Below, one piece after another: positions 17,248-26,359 of a DNA stretch of 64,000 bases. The translations under genes were made by a program, and so were the position numbers. Positions within the stretch are counted from its first letter, which is position 1; each line of letters begins with the position of its first letter. The notes below the pieces were generated by a model, which saw nothing but the letters and a program-made list of their open reading frames with translations, searched no databases and was not told where the DNA came from. Source of the stretch: Patescibacteria group bacterium (GTDB taxonomy: Bacteria; Patescibacteriota; Patescibacteriia; SG8-24); NCBI GenBank assembly GCA_028714475.1, contig JAQTNC010000001.1, positions 22,678 to 86,677 on the forward strand, read 5' to 3'.

Positions 17248-17365
17248 AAATTGTAGCGGCGCGGTGCGGCGCGAAGACTTGGAGCGCCGCACGGGCGGTA
17301 TGGGCCGCCCGGTGTTTGCCGAGCGATTTCCTATTCTACGCGAGGCAAACCTGTCGCGCACCACC
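17248..17365. repeat. three-hairpin structured repeat element, copy A (abuts the start codon of the RecB-like nuclease)
   Basis: Sequence gtagcggcgcg GTGCGGCGC gaagacttgga GCGCCGCAC GGGCGG tatg GGCCGCCC ggt GTTTGCC gagcgatttcctattctacgcgag GGCAAAC ctgtcgcgcaccacc. About 85% identical to copy B. Stems that differ between copies carry compensatory changes. Confidence 0.7.
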
Positions 17366-17380
17366 TTGAACGAACCCTGA

Positions 17381-17412
17381 AGAAATAGGTGGGGCGAGAC
17401 AGGGTCTCGCCG
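17381..17412 (-). terminator. rho-independent terminator of the ABC permease gene
   Basis: Minus-strand GGCGAGACcctgTCTCGCC followed by CACCTATTTCTTC. Confidence 0.7.
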
Positions 17413-18669
17413 CTACTCATACCTCAAAGACGTAATCGGATCCAATGCGGCGGCTTTGCGAGCAGGTTGTAACCCGAAGACAATGCCGGTCACGGCCGCG
17501 ACGATGGCCGCACCCACGAAAGCTTCCACAGAAACTAGATACGGGACATTAAGCCCATTCAAATTCATGATGAGCACAACCACAAGCGTGAGCAGGAAGC
17601 CGATGCCGCCGCCGATGATGCCGCCAGCCGTGGTGAGCGCCACGGATTCGGCCAGGAACTGCAAGAGGATGTCGTGGTTCTTGGCGCCGAGCGCCTTGCG
17701 CAAGCCGACCTCGCGGATGCGTTCGGTGACGGAAACAAGCATGATGTTCATGATGCCGATGCCGCCGACGACGAGCGAGATGGCGGCCAGGAACGCCAGG
17801 AACCAAGTGATGACGTCGGTGATCGTGTTAAGACGGTCGGTTATGTCCTTGGCCGACATGATCAGGAAATCATCCTTGGTCGGGTCAGTTATGCGGTGCC
17901 GCTTGCGCAGAAGCCGCGTGAGCTCGTCCATCATTGGTGCCACGCTCGCCTCGTCATTGGCGCGCAAGTCTATCTCGACGAGCTTGTCATTGCCGATCAG
18001 CCGTTTCTGCATAAACCGTAGCGGCATGACGGCCATGGAATCAACATCGATGCCCATCATGCCGCCCATTGGTTTCAAGGTGCCGATGACCTCCATCGGG
18101 ACGCCCTTGACCTTGACTTTTTGGCCGATTGCTTCCGCGCCACCGAACAGCTTGTCCTTGGCCTTGCTGCCAAGCAGGATGTATGAGGACATGGACCGCT
18201 CCTCGTCATCGGTGAAATACCGGCCAGTTCCAACCGTAATCATCGGGACAATGGTGGGGTAGTCAGCCGACGTTCCGATCAACATGGTTCGGTACTCCTC
18301 GTTGCCGTAACGCACGAACTCCTGGCCGCTGACGATGCCAGCCACGGCCATGGCATGCGGCACGTTCTTCCTGTCCTTCATCGCATTCAAGTCGTCATAA
18401 GTGAGCGACATCGGCGCGGCGCCCAGCATGAGCGCATGCATCGAATTCTCCTGCGACGCTCCCGGCACGGCTGGGTTGATGGAAACGAAATCGCGGCTGG
18501 CGAAACTTTCCACGTAACCGATGATGGCCGCTTTCACGGCCACGCCGAGCGAGATGATGATGGTCACGGAAAAGACGCCGATGACGATACCAAGGAGCGA
18601 CAAGGCCGTCCGCACCTTGTTGCGGCTCAAATTCTTGAAAGCGTTCTTAGTGGCGGGGATGAGGCTCAT
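17413..18669 (-). CDS. ABC transporter permease, MacB/FtsX type
   Basis: ATG at 18669 begins MSLIPATKNAFKNLSRNKVRTALSLLGIVIGV. Four TMs and a periplasmic domain. A terminator hairpin GGCGAGACCCTGTCTCGCC plus T-run sits directly 3' of the gene. Confidence 0.85.
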   Translation of the reverse strand: MSLIPATKNAFKNLSRNKVRTALSLLGIVIGVFSVTIIISLGVAVKAAIIGYVESFASRDFVSINPAVPGASQENSMHALMLGAAPMSLTYDDLNAMKDRKNVPHAMAVAGIVSGQEFVRYGNEEYRTMLIGTSADYPTIVPMITVGTGRYFTDDEERSMSSYILLGSKAKDKLFGGAEAIGQKVKVKGVPMEVIGTLKPMGGMMGIDVDSMAVMPLRFMQKRLIGNDKLVEIDLRANDEASVAPMMDELTRLLRKRHRITDPTKDDFLIMSAKDITDRLNTITDVITWFLAFLAAISLVVGGIGIMNIMLVSVTERIREVGLRKALGAKNHDILLQFLAESVALTTAGGIIGGGIGFLLTLVVVLIMNLNGLNVPYLVSVEAFVGAAIVAAVTGIVFGLQPARKAAALDPITSLRYE

Positions 18670-18673
18670 GGGA

Positions 18674-19903
18674 TTACTCGTAACGCAACGACTCAATGGC
18701 ATCTAGCCGTGCGGCGGCCATGGCCGGACCGACGCCGAAGCCCAAGCCGATGCCGATGGAGACAAACAGGGAAACGGCGACGGCGACGCCGGAAATCATG
18801 TAGTTCCAGGCCAAACCGTAATACGCGGCGATGAATCCGACTCCGTAAGCGATGAGCGCGCCCAAAATCAGCCCGATTATTCCGCCGGTGAAGGCGATGA
18901 ACGAACTCTCGAGCAGGAACTGGATGAGGATGCGCCGCGGCTTGGCGCCAAGCGCCTTCCGGAGGCCGATCTCGCGGGTCCGTTCGCGCACGGCGACATA
19001 CATGATGTTCATGATGTTGATGCCGCCGACCAGAAGCGAGATAGCGGTCACGAGCACGAGAAAAGCGTTGATGGCGGTGGTAACGCTGCTCAAGATGCTC
19101 AAGGCCTGATTGACTGAACGCACCGAGAAGTCATCATTGCTCGCATCCTTGATGTGGTGCCGCCGCCGCAAGGTCGTCTCGATTTCCGACTTGAGCCACT
19201 CGATGTTATCGGCGGAATCAGCTTTGACGGTCGCGGCATTGATGTGATTGATGCCAAGGAGGCTCTTCTGCACCGTGGTCGAGGGAATGAACACGGCCTT
19301 GTCGAGCCCCTGACCGAGGGTGCTTCCCTTCTCGGCCAGGACGCCGATCACCTGAAAGCTGACATCCTTGATGCGCACGCTCTGTCCGATCAAACGGCTC
19401 CCGGAAGGGTTCAGGTCAGCCGCTACCTTGTAGCCGAGCACCACGACGCGAGAGTAGGATTCCACGTCGCTCACTCCGAAAAAACGACCGTCCTCCAGCT
19501 TGGCGTCCTGAAGAACGGCCATCTCCTCGCTCGTCCCATTCACGCTCGTGATGAACGATTTCTGGCCGTAGCTTATGGCAGCCGACGTCGAGACCATAGG
19601 CGAACCGGCGATGACGTGCGGCAGCTTCCGCAAGGCGCGATAATCCTTTTCCGTAAGCGTCGTCGTGATGACGCCCATGACCGAGGCCGGCGGTGCGTCT
19701 TCCGAGCTGCCACCCGGCATAACATTGATGAGGTTGGTGCCCAGCGCGGTAATCTGTCCCATGATCAGGTCCTGGGCGCTTTTTCCCACCGAAGAAACCG
19801 CCACCACCGACATGACGCCGATGATGACGCCAAGCATGGTCAAGACCGTACGGGTCTTGGCCGCCTGAAGGGTTCGCAGGGAATAAATCGCGTCCTTGAG
19901 CAT
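18674..19903 (-). CDS. ABC transporter permease, MacB/FtsX type (paralog of the downstream permease)
   Basis: Begins MLKDAIYSLRTLQAAKTRTVLTMLGVIIGV and ends with a C-terminal FtsX region. A 4-nt gap separates it from the next permease. Confidence 0.85.
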   Translation of the reverse strand: MLKDAIYSLRTLQAAKTRTVLTMLGVIIGVMSVVAVSSVGKSAQDLIMGQITALGTNLINVMPGGSSEDAPPASVMGVITTTLTEKDYRALRKLPHVIAGSPMVSTSAAISYGQKSFITSVNGTSEEMAVLQDAKLEDGRFFGVSDVESYSRVVVLGYKVAADLNPSGSRLIGQSVRIKDVSFQVIGVLAEKGSTLGQGLDKAVFIPSTTVQKSLLGINHINAATVKADSADNIEWLKSEIETTLRRRHHIKDASNDDFSVRSVNQALSILSSVTTAINAFLVLVTAISLLVGGINIMNIMYVAVRERTREIGLRKALGAKPRRILIQFLLESSFIAFTGGIIGLILGALIAYGVGFIAAYYGLAWNYMISGVAVAVSLFVSIGIGLGFGVGPAMAAARLDAIESLRYE

Positions 19904-19904
19904 C

Positions 19905-19998
19905 GGGGTGAAGGTTGATACTAGGCACTAGGCTCTAGGTTCTAGAGGTAACTAGTGCCAAGTGCCAAGTGCCTAGTGCCTAGTGTCTAGTGCCTAGT
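19905..19998. repeat. ctaggcactag / ctagtgcctag palindromic element inside the ABC efflux operon (between ATPase and permease genes)
   Basis: ctaggcactaggctctaggttctagaggtaactagtgccaagtgccaagtgcctagtgcctagtgtctagtgcctagtgtctagg. Low GC relative to the flanks. A shorter relative ctagtcactagccactag sits at 10255-10275. Confidence 0.75.
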
Positions 19999-20000
19999 GT

Positions 20001-20678
20001 CTAGGACACCACTCGCCCATCGCGTATGCGCACGATGCGCTCGGCGCGTTCGGCGACGTCCGGCTCATGCGTCACCATGACGATGGTGTTGCCGTCCTTG
20101 TGCAGGCCGCGGATGATTTCCATCACCTCGTCCGACGTCTTGGTGTCGAGATTGCCGGTCGGCTCGTCGGCCAAGATGAATGACGGGTCGTTGATGAGCG
20201 CCCGGGCGATGGCCGCGCGCTGCTGTTCGCCGCCGGACATCTGGTTCGGGTTGGCGTCGATGCGGTGGCTCAAGCCGACCTTCTCGATGAGCATGCGGGC
20301 GCGCTCGCGAATGAGTATCGGGTCAACCGCGGTGTTCGAATATTCCGTCGGCAAAAGCACATTTTCCAGCACCGAGGTGCGCGGCAGGAGGTTGTAGGCC
20401 TGGAAGATGAAGCCGAGTTTGCTGTTCCTGATGTCGGCGCGCTGGTCCTCGGTCAACTGGCTGGCGTCCTTGCCCTCGAACCAATACTTGCCGGAGGTCG
20501 GAGACAACATGAAGCCAAGCGCGTACATGAGCGTGGACTTGCCGCATCCGGACGGCCCCATGATGGCGATAAACTCCCCTTTTTTGATATCCAAATCAAT
20601 ACCCGCCAGCGCCCGCACGATACGGTCGCCCTGCGTGTATTCCTTGGTCAGCTGTTCGAGGCGGATAAGGCTGGGCAT
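20001..20678 (-). CDS. ABC transporter ATP-binding protein (MacB/LolD-like)
   Basis: ATG at 20678 begins [14 protein letters not shown]. Walker [10 protein letters not shown], signature MSGGEQQR, Walker [13 protein letters not shown]. Confidence 0.9.
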   Translation of the reverse strand: MPSLIRLEQLTKEYTQGDRIVRALAGIDLDIKKGEFIAIMGPSGCGKSTLMYALGFMLSPTSGKYWFEGKDASQLTEDQRADIRNSKLGFIFQAYNLLPRTSVLENVLLPTEYSNTAVDPILIRERARMLIEKVGLSHRIDANPNQMSGGEQQRAAIARALINDPSFILADEPTGNLDTKTSDEVMEIIRGLHKDGNTIVMVTHEPDVAERAERIVRIRDGRVVS

Positions 20679-20790
20679 AGGATGAGCGGCCTTAAACGTA
20701 GCGGCGGGGCTTGCCCCCGCACCACAATAGACGAAAGGCAATCATCATAACGGATATTTCGTTTCGGTGATGGCGGGTCAAGCCCGCCCG

Positions 20791-22509
20791 CTACTTCTTA
20801 TTCGTGGCGACGACCACTTCATCGCCCTCCGCCAGACCGGACAGCAATTCGACATAATCGTTGTTCTCAAGCCCGACCTGGATATCCTTCGTGACCGGTT
20901 GGCCATTCACGAGCACCTGGACGGTCTTCTTGCCGACCGCGTCCTTGATGGCGCGGACGGGAACTCGCAGGACATTGTCACGTTGCGCGGTCGAAATGTC
21001 GAGATTCGCGGTCATGCCGGAACGCAGGCGCTCGTCATCCTTGTCGAAGACTATCTTGGTCTCGTAAAAAATGACCCCTTCCACGACCTTCTCGGCCGGC
21101 TGGATGCTGATGACCTTGCCAGTCCAGATTTCATTCACGCTGAAAGCGTCCAGGGTGATGTTGACCGGGTCGTTGACCTTGACGCGCGCGATGTCCACCT
21201 CGGAAATGTTGGCGGTGATCTCGAACCGATCCTTGGCGTTCAACGTCACGGCCACCTGGCCGGGCTGAACCGTCTCGCCGGGATTGAAAGGCAAATCGGT
21301 GACGATGGCGGTGAGCGGCGCGCGAATCGAGCGCTTGGCCAAATCCGCCTGCAGGCTCGCGAGGGTCGCTTCGGCAGATGCCACCTGGGCGCGTTGGGCG
21401 TCTATCTCTTCCGGCCGCGAGCCGGTCTTCTTGAGGTTATAGGACGCTTCCGCCTGGTTAACCGCGGCGGTCGCGCTGTCCACGGCATGGGCGGCGCTGG
21501 TCACGGCCGATTCGGCGTTGGACACGGCGATTTCCGCGGCGGTGATGTCCGTCGCGTTCAGGCGCTCCTGAAGATCCAACGCGCTCTTGTCCGCGTTCAC
21601 CTTCGTCAACATGGCGTTCAGGGACGACTGGGCGGTACTCGCGTTGATTTGATAGGTGGACAAGGTGGCGGCCGGCAAGCTCGGGGCATATTGTAAAACT
21701 TTGGCGCAGGCGTCAGCATGGCGCTTGACCGCCGTGAGCGCGTTCACCACCGCGTCGTAATTGTTCGTCATGCCGGTCGCACCACCCACGGCGCGGGCGG
21801 ATGCGGCCGCGGCAGACAAGGCCGTGAGCGCGGTCTTGGCCTCGCGCCGGGTGCTCGTGGCATCAGACTGGGATTGAGAGTCGGAAGATGAGAAGAGAAG
21901 CAGGTCGTTCAAGTCGAACATCGGGCTGGTCAGGCGATTCACGGCATCGCTCGCCGTGGTGGACGCGCTGTCGTAATCGTCCTGCAAGGCAGAAACTTTC
22001 CCTTCGTCCTGGGTCGTCGTCCTCGCCTTCACGTTCTCGTAACTGCGGCGGGCGTTCGTGAGCGCGGTCTCGGCATCGGCCTCGGCGGCTACGGCTGCCG
22101 TGTATTGTTGGCGCGCCGCTTCCACAGCGGTCTGGGAAACCAACATGTCCGCGGCCGTCGCACCGGCCTGCAGTTCCCGCAACCGGGCGCGGGCCGAAGC
22201 CACGGCGGCCTGCTGAGAAGCCACCCGGGCAGACGCGTCGCGCGTGTCCAACTGAATCAACAGGTCGCCTTCCTTGACCTCGGCGCCTTCCTTGACGGCA
22301 ATCTTGGTGATCTTGCCGCTGACCTCCGGCTGAAGGCTGATCTTGGACGAGGGGGCGATGGAGCCGGTCACCGACACTTCGGAAATGACCGTGCCGCGGG
22401 TGATTTTTTCCGTTTCGTAGGTTGTTTTAGGGCGCGTCAAACCGTAAACCGCCCCGCCGGCAACAACCACGCCGAGACCAATGAGCAGAATTTTTACAGA
22501 TTTTTTCAT
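20791..22509 (-). CDS. efflux transporter periplasmic adaptor (HlyD/MacA membrane-fusion family) with long coiled-coil
   Basis: N-terminal TM, lipoyl-like segments (GTVISEVSVTGSIAP...ISLQPEVSGKITKIAVKEGAEVKEGDLL), and a long Ala/Gln coiled coil. It is first in the operon with the ATPase and the two permeases. Confidence 0.8.
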   Translation of the reverse strand: MKKSVKILLIGLGVVVAGGAVYGLTRPKTTYETEKITRGTVISEVSVTGSIAPSSKISLQPEVSGKITKIAVKEGAEVKEGDLLIQLDTRDASARVASQQAAVASARARLRELQAGATAADMLVSQTAVEAARQQYTAAVAAEADAETALTNARRSYENVKARTTTQDEGKVSALQDDYDSASTTASDAVNRLTSPMFDLNDLLLFSSSDSQSQSDATSTRREAKTALTALSAAAASARAVGGATGMTNNYDAVVNALTAVKRHADACAKVLQYAPSLPAATLSTYQINASTAQSSLNAMLTKVNADKSALDLQERLNATDITAAEIAVSNAESAVTSAAHAVDSATAAVNQAEASYNLKKTGSRPEEIDAQRAQVASAEATLASLQADLAKRSIRAPLTAIVTDLPFNPGETVQPGQVAVTLNAKDRFEITANISEVDIARVKVNDPVNITLDAFSVNEIWTGKVISIQPAEKVVEGVIFYETKIVFDKDDERLRSGMTANLDISTAQRDNVLRVPVRAIKDAVGKKTVQVLVNGQPVTKDIQVGLENNDYVELLSGLAEGDEVVVATNKK

Positions 22510-22593
22510 AACATTAAAACAAATATACCCTGAGCGGAGCGAAGCGGAGTCGAAGGGTGTTCATATATTATTATTTTAGCAAATTTATCGGCC

Positions 22594-23058
22594 TTAATGA
22601 AGGGGGCATGAGCCGTTACGAATCGGCATCGCCTCCATCTGTTCGACAATTTTCTTCATGTATTTGGCGTAATTGGATAGCTCACTGTCATTCAGCACCG
22701 ACAGTATCTTTTCAGATAAGGCAAGCTGGTGCTTCTTCATGGCCACGAAGAACCGCCGTGCTTTGGGCGTAAGCGTGATGACGAGCGCGCGCCTGTCCGT
22801 CGAGTTTTGCTTGCGCTGGATGTAACCCTTCTTGAGCAGGCCGTCCAAGAGCTGGGTAGCGGCGCTGCTGGTCACGCCGAAAAAACCCGCGATGTCCTTG
22901 ACTCCCAGGCCTTCATGGTCGCCCAGCACCAGCAAAGCCAGGCCCTGCGGATGAGTTAGATCGTGTTTTGCGAGCAGGGCGGAAACGCACAAGATCGTCT
23001 TTCGACGAAGAATCTCGACATCTTCCCAGAATTCCTCGAGTTGTTGGCGACGGTTCAT
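22594..23058 (-). CDS. MarR family transcriptional regulator
   Basis: 154 aa. wHTH segment GLALLVLGDHEGLGVKDIAGFFGVTSSAATQLLDGLLKKGYIQRKQNSTDRRALVITLTPKARRF. Sits immediately upstream of the efflux operon. Confidence 0.85.
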   Translation of the reverse strand: MNRRQQLEEFWEDVEILRRKTILCVSALLAKHDLTHPQGLALLVLGDHEGLGVKDIAGFFGVTSSAATQLLDGLLKKGYIQRKQNSTDRRALVITLTPKARRFFVAMKKHQLALSEKILSVLNDSELSNYAKYMKKIVEQMEAMPIRNGSCPLH

Positions 23059-23061
23059 AGG

Positions 23062-23145
23062 CAGAATGCCGGAGTTCTGGAGTGCTGAAGTGCTGGAGTC
23101 TTCAGCACTCCAGCACTTCCCCGCCCCAGCACTATTACATTAGGT
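23062..23145. repeat. ctgaagtgctggag-family imperfect palindromic intergenic element
   Basis: ggagttctggagtgctgaagtgctggagtcttcagcactccagcacttcc. Confidence 0.7.
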
Positions 23146-23186
23146 TCTTAACATATTAGCTGATTATATAATTCTGTCTAGAGGGG

Positions 23187-23195
23187 TGTGGATAA
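23187..23195 (-). promoter_or_regulatory. perfect DnaA-box 9-mer
   Basis: TGTGGATAAG, about 130 nt upstream of the marR start. Confidence 0.5.
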
Positions 23196-23439
23196 GCCGT
23201 TTCAATCCCGACCTAATGAAGCCTCCCCGGGCTCACGCCCGGGGTATCTAACGCCCCATCCTGTTTCATTCACCGTAGCCCACTGCCCCCTACGCCCTCC
23301 GGGCTTCGGGGGATTCACGCGTCAGGAACCCCGGGCTGACGCCCGGGGTATTCGGCGGAGGTGAACAAAAAGCGGGGCCGGAGCGACATGGTCAGAAGAC
23401 CAAGCATCTCCAGCCCCGAGGGCTAAGGACCGAACTGCG

Positions 23440-24399
23440 TTACTGCCGGTGGAGCGGCACGGCCACGCACCCACTGCGCGTATTGCGCTCGTGGATGTTC
23501 AGGTGAGCGCAACCGTCAAAAAACGCAACGTAGGGCGAGTGTTCCCACGCACCTCCGCCATACTCATCGAGACAGTATCCTCCGACGATGGCACCCGGCA
23601 CGGTTTCGCCGTTCATGCGCGAAACCCATGTCGGATTCTGGGCGGCCGCGTAAATGACGGCGGCATGGGCGGCCCGACCATGGACGCCGCGCGCGACCAC
23701 GCCGCGCTTCGCATCCCATTTGTCAGCCAGCCCAACCACCTCAATCCGAACCGTGTTGTGGGGATGGTCGGTGGCGTTGTCGGCTAGCCTTACCCGCTTG
23801 GCGAGATCAGCACGGTAAACGGGTTGATACTGCCTGAACTTGTCGCCAAAGGCGTCCCGCATCCGGTCGCGAGCGTAGGCAAGGGTCGCCGGAACCGATT
23901 CCCGGTACACGCAAACGGCCGTGTGCAGGAATTCGTTGCGCGGCAGTTCGGCCTCGTAGCGCCCCGCCAGACCCGACTCACTGAACTCGCGCAATGCGGC
24001 GTCAATGGCGATTCCGGAAACTTCCGGGTAAGCTCGCGCCATCTCCAGCACCTCGACGAGCGGCGTGAACCACCCGTGAATCAGGCGAAATGACGGGGCG
24101 GCGCGCATTGTCGCGAACATTGCCTCAACCACCTCGGGGTGCTTGAGGAGTTTCTCGACGTCGCTTTTGGAGACGCGACCGGCAATCAAGAGCTTGTACG
24201 CCCTGACCGCCAAAGCGGCCAGCGACGGATCGCCCTCCATCGCTTCGTCCATCTCCCCCATGGTCTTGGGGTCGAGAACGGCAGCGAATCTGCCGAAGAA
24301 CGCTAACACCCTTCCGTAATACTCGCCGTTGAACAGGTTGGCCATGTGGTTACCCCATTCCTTTCCAATGCCGTCCGGTTGATCCGTCGAGGCGACCAT
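23440..24399 (-). CDS. hypothetical protein
   Basis: 319-aa ORF with ordinary composition. C-terminal Cys/His-containing region (GGYCLDEYGGGAWEHSPYVAFFDGCAHLNIHER). No family recognised. An alternative start at 24345 (MANLFNG) is possible. Confidence 0.45.
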   Translation of the reverse strand: MVASTDQPDGIGKEWGNHMANLFNGEYYGRVLAFFGRFAAVLDPKTMGEMDEAMEGDPSLAALAVRAYKLLIAGRVSKSDVEKLLKHPEVVEAMFATMRAAPSFRLIHGWFTPLVEVLEMARAYPEVSGIAIDAALREFSESGLAGRYEAELPRNEFLHTAVCVYRESVPATLAYARDRMRDAFGDKFRQYQPVYRADLAKRVRLADNATDHPHNTVRIEVVGLADKWDAKRGVVARGVHGRAAHAAVIYAAAQNPTWVSRMNGETVPGAIVGGYCLDEYGGGAWEHSPYVAFFDGCAHLNIHERNTRSGCVAVPLHRQ

Positions 24400-24598
24400 C
24401 GCCCTTCCGGACTACCCTTTGTTTTGAGGACGGCGCTTCGGGGCCGTTTTTCCGCCCAGCCCCGAGGCGCCGCCTTCAATCATTATTAAGGAACTGGTCG
24501 GACGTATTTCAGCATGATTGCGGTAGAAGGTCAAAGTTTGAGTGGATGAAAACCTCCTCCTTGACCAACAACGATAATTGCCGTATTCTTCGCTCAAT

Positions 24599-25627
24599 AT
24601 GCCCGCCATGATCCCCCTCGACTCCGCTGCGCTCCCTCCCTTCGCTGAAGCTGCGGGAGGCAGGCGCTCGGGGAATAACGGTGTTTTTTGGTTTTCCTCC
24701 CCCACCCCTCTTGTCGTGCTCGCCCCGATGGCGGACATGACGGATTCGGCGTTCGGTAGGTTGGCGCGGCGACTCGGCGCGGACGCGGTGTTCCGCGAGA
24801 TGATTTCGGCCGAAGCGCTCACGCGCGGGAATCCGGCGACTTTGGCGATGGCGGCGTTCGTGCCGGAGGAGCGGCCAATCATCCTGCAGATCTTCGGCAC
24901 TGATTCGGCAATGATGGCGGAGACGGTGCGAATATTAGATGAGCGACTTGATCCGGACGGATTCGACATCAACATGGGTTGTCCGGCGCAAAAAATCGTC
25001 GGCAACTTCAACGGCTCGGCGCTCATGCGCGAACCGGCCGTGGCGGCGGCCATCGTGCGGGCGATGAAGGCGGCGACCACCAAACCTGTTTCCGTGAAGA
25101 CGCGCCTCGGCTGGTCGCGGCCGGAAGAAATTCTGGAATTCATCCGCGTGCTTGAGGATGCCGGGGCTGACCTCGTGACGATTCATGGACGAACCAAGGA
25201 GCAAGGCTATGCTGGCACGGCGGATTGGGAGATGATTGGCCGCGCGCGGCAGGCGGTGAAAATCCCGGTCATCGCCAACGGCGACGTCATTGATGGCGCG
25301 TCAGCGCGTCGCTGTCTGGAAATCACCGGCGCAAGCGGCATTATGATCGGCCGCGGCGCGCTCGGCAACCCCTGGGTGTTCGGGGAAATTCACGCCGCCC
25401 TCGCAGACCAACCGTGGACGCCGCCGACGACTGAAGAAAAAAATGCGCTCATCCTCGAACACGCCCGGCTGTACGCCGAACGCTGGGGAGGTGACGAGCC
25501 ACTCGTCACTTTCCGCAAGCATCTCATCTATTATTTCCGCGGCACGGAAGGTGCCAAACGCTGGCGCGAGCAGGCTGTCGCGGTGAGCACAATGGAGGAT
25601 TTAAAAAATCTTTTGGACACAATTTAA
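24599..25627 (+). CDS. dus: tRNA-dihydrouridine synthase
   Basis: LVVLAPMADMTDSAFGRLARRLGAD, ILQIFG, DINMGCPAQKIV, VSVKTRLGW, TIHGRT: a Dus-family TIM barrel. The ATG at 24599 was chosen over the TTG at 24578. Confidence 0.85.
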   Translation: MPAMIPLDSAALPPFAEAAGGRRSGNNGVFWFSSPTPLVVLAPMADMTDSAFGRLARRLGADAVFREMISAEALTRGNPATLAMAAFVPEERPIILQIFGTDSAMMAETVRILDERLDPDGFDINMGCPAQKIVGNFNGSALMREPAVAAAIVRAMKAATTKPVSVKTRLGWSRPEEILEFIRVLEDAGADLVTIHGRTKEQGYAGTADWEMIGRARQAVKIPVIANGDVIDGASARRCLEITGASGIMIGRGALGNPWVFGEIHAALADQPWTPPTTEEKNALILEHARLYAERWGGDEPLVTFRKHLIYYFRGTEGAKRWREQAVAVSTMEDLKNLLDTI

Positions 25628-25705
25628 GATGGAAGGTGCAACGCGAAATTTTTTTTCGTTCCCACAAACACAAAACCGGGCGAGGGCGCCCGGCCAGGAC
25701 AAGAC

Positions 25706-26197
25706 TTACTTGTCGAACTGATGCCCGATGATGTTACCGGGGACATCGCGGTTGAAGAGAACTTCGCTGCCTACGAGAAGGTACACTTGCGCGATGCCGG
25801 CCTCTTCCATCGCCTCCCAGCATGGCTGACAGCACCACCAGTGACCCCAGAGGTAGAGGTCGGCGCCGCGCGGGTCGAGACCCTGCTCCAGGACGTCGCG
25901 GATGGCAGTCGGCTCACCGTGGTTCTTGGGACTGCAGCCTTCGCACAGATCATATCCCTCGCCACTCCGGCACTTCAGCTCCACGCGGCGGCAACCATGC
26001 TCTTTGTGGTAGTTGCTTCCGTTGGCGCCGATGCCGAGGATAGCGCCGGCCCGCACGATAACCGAAGCGTTGGGCATGGCCTTGTCGAGGGAATGTGCTT
26101 GGGCGAACGCCTTGGCAACAATCATGAACTTGTTGCCGGCCGGAACGTAGAGAATCGTTCGGCCTTCCGGCAAATACGGGTACTTGATAATGGACAC
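25706..26197 (-). CDS. dCMP / cytidine deaminase family protein
   Basis: GTG start preceded by CCAAGGAGG. Zinc motifs H(G)EPTAI ... PCWEAMEEAG (H.E / PC..C). Confidence 0.8.
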   Translation of the reverse strand: MSIIKYPYLPEGRTILYVPAGNKFMIVAKAFAQAHSLDKAMPNASVIVRAGAILGIGANGSNYHKEHGCRRVELKCRSGEGYDLCEGCSPKNHGEPTAIRDVLEQGLDPRGADLYLWGHWWCCQPCWEAMEEAGIAQVYLLVGSEVLFNRDVPGNIIGHQFDK

Positions 26198-26266
26198 GCG
26201 GGCCTCCTTGGTGGAACCTTGCCGTGAACCTTAGAAAGGTCGCCCGATAGTGTCAAACAAACGGGC

Positions 26267-26275
26267 TGTGGATAA
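26267..26275 (-). promoter_or_regulatory. perfect DnaA-box 9-mer
   Basis: TGTGGATAAT, about 70 nt upstream of the dCMP deaminase start. Confidence 0.5.
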
Positions 26276-26359
26276 TTTCGACCGATATCACCTCTTGAAT
26301 ACCCCAAAACTACAAATCGCCTGCACCAGAAGGGTACAGGCGATTGGCGAACGAAGAAC

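Noticed and set aside
17248-17364. N-terminal 39-41 codon extensions of the nuclease and fpg ORFs in the track
   Set aside because: They are translations of the three-hairpin repeat element (nearly identical peptides at both loci). Both lie upstream of the canonical family N-termini (MTKSSVIITP..., MPELPEVE...).
19905-19998. CRISPR array among the repetitive elements
   Set aside because: The repeats are inverted, not direct. They lack constant-length spacers and have no cas genes nearby. They are palindromic hairpin elements.
20767-21696. 309-aa plus-strand ORF
   Set aside because: Antisense to the HlyD/MacA adaptor gene.
23150-23300. tRNA gene in the marR upstream region or other intergenic spacers
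   Set aside because: No GTTCGA/TTCGAATC T-loop and no acceptor-stem complementarity. No tRNA-like cloverleaf was found in any intergenic region of the window.
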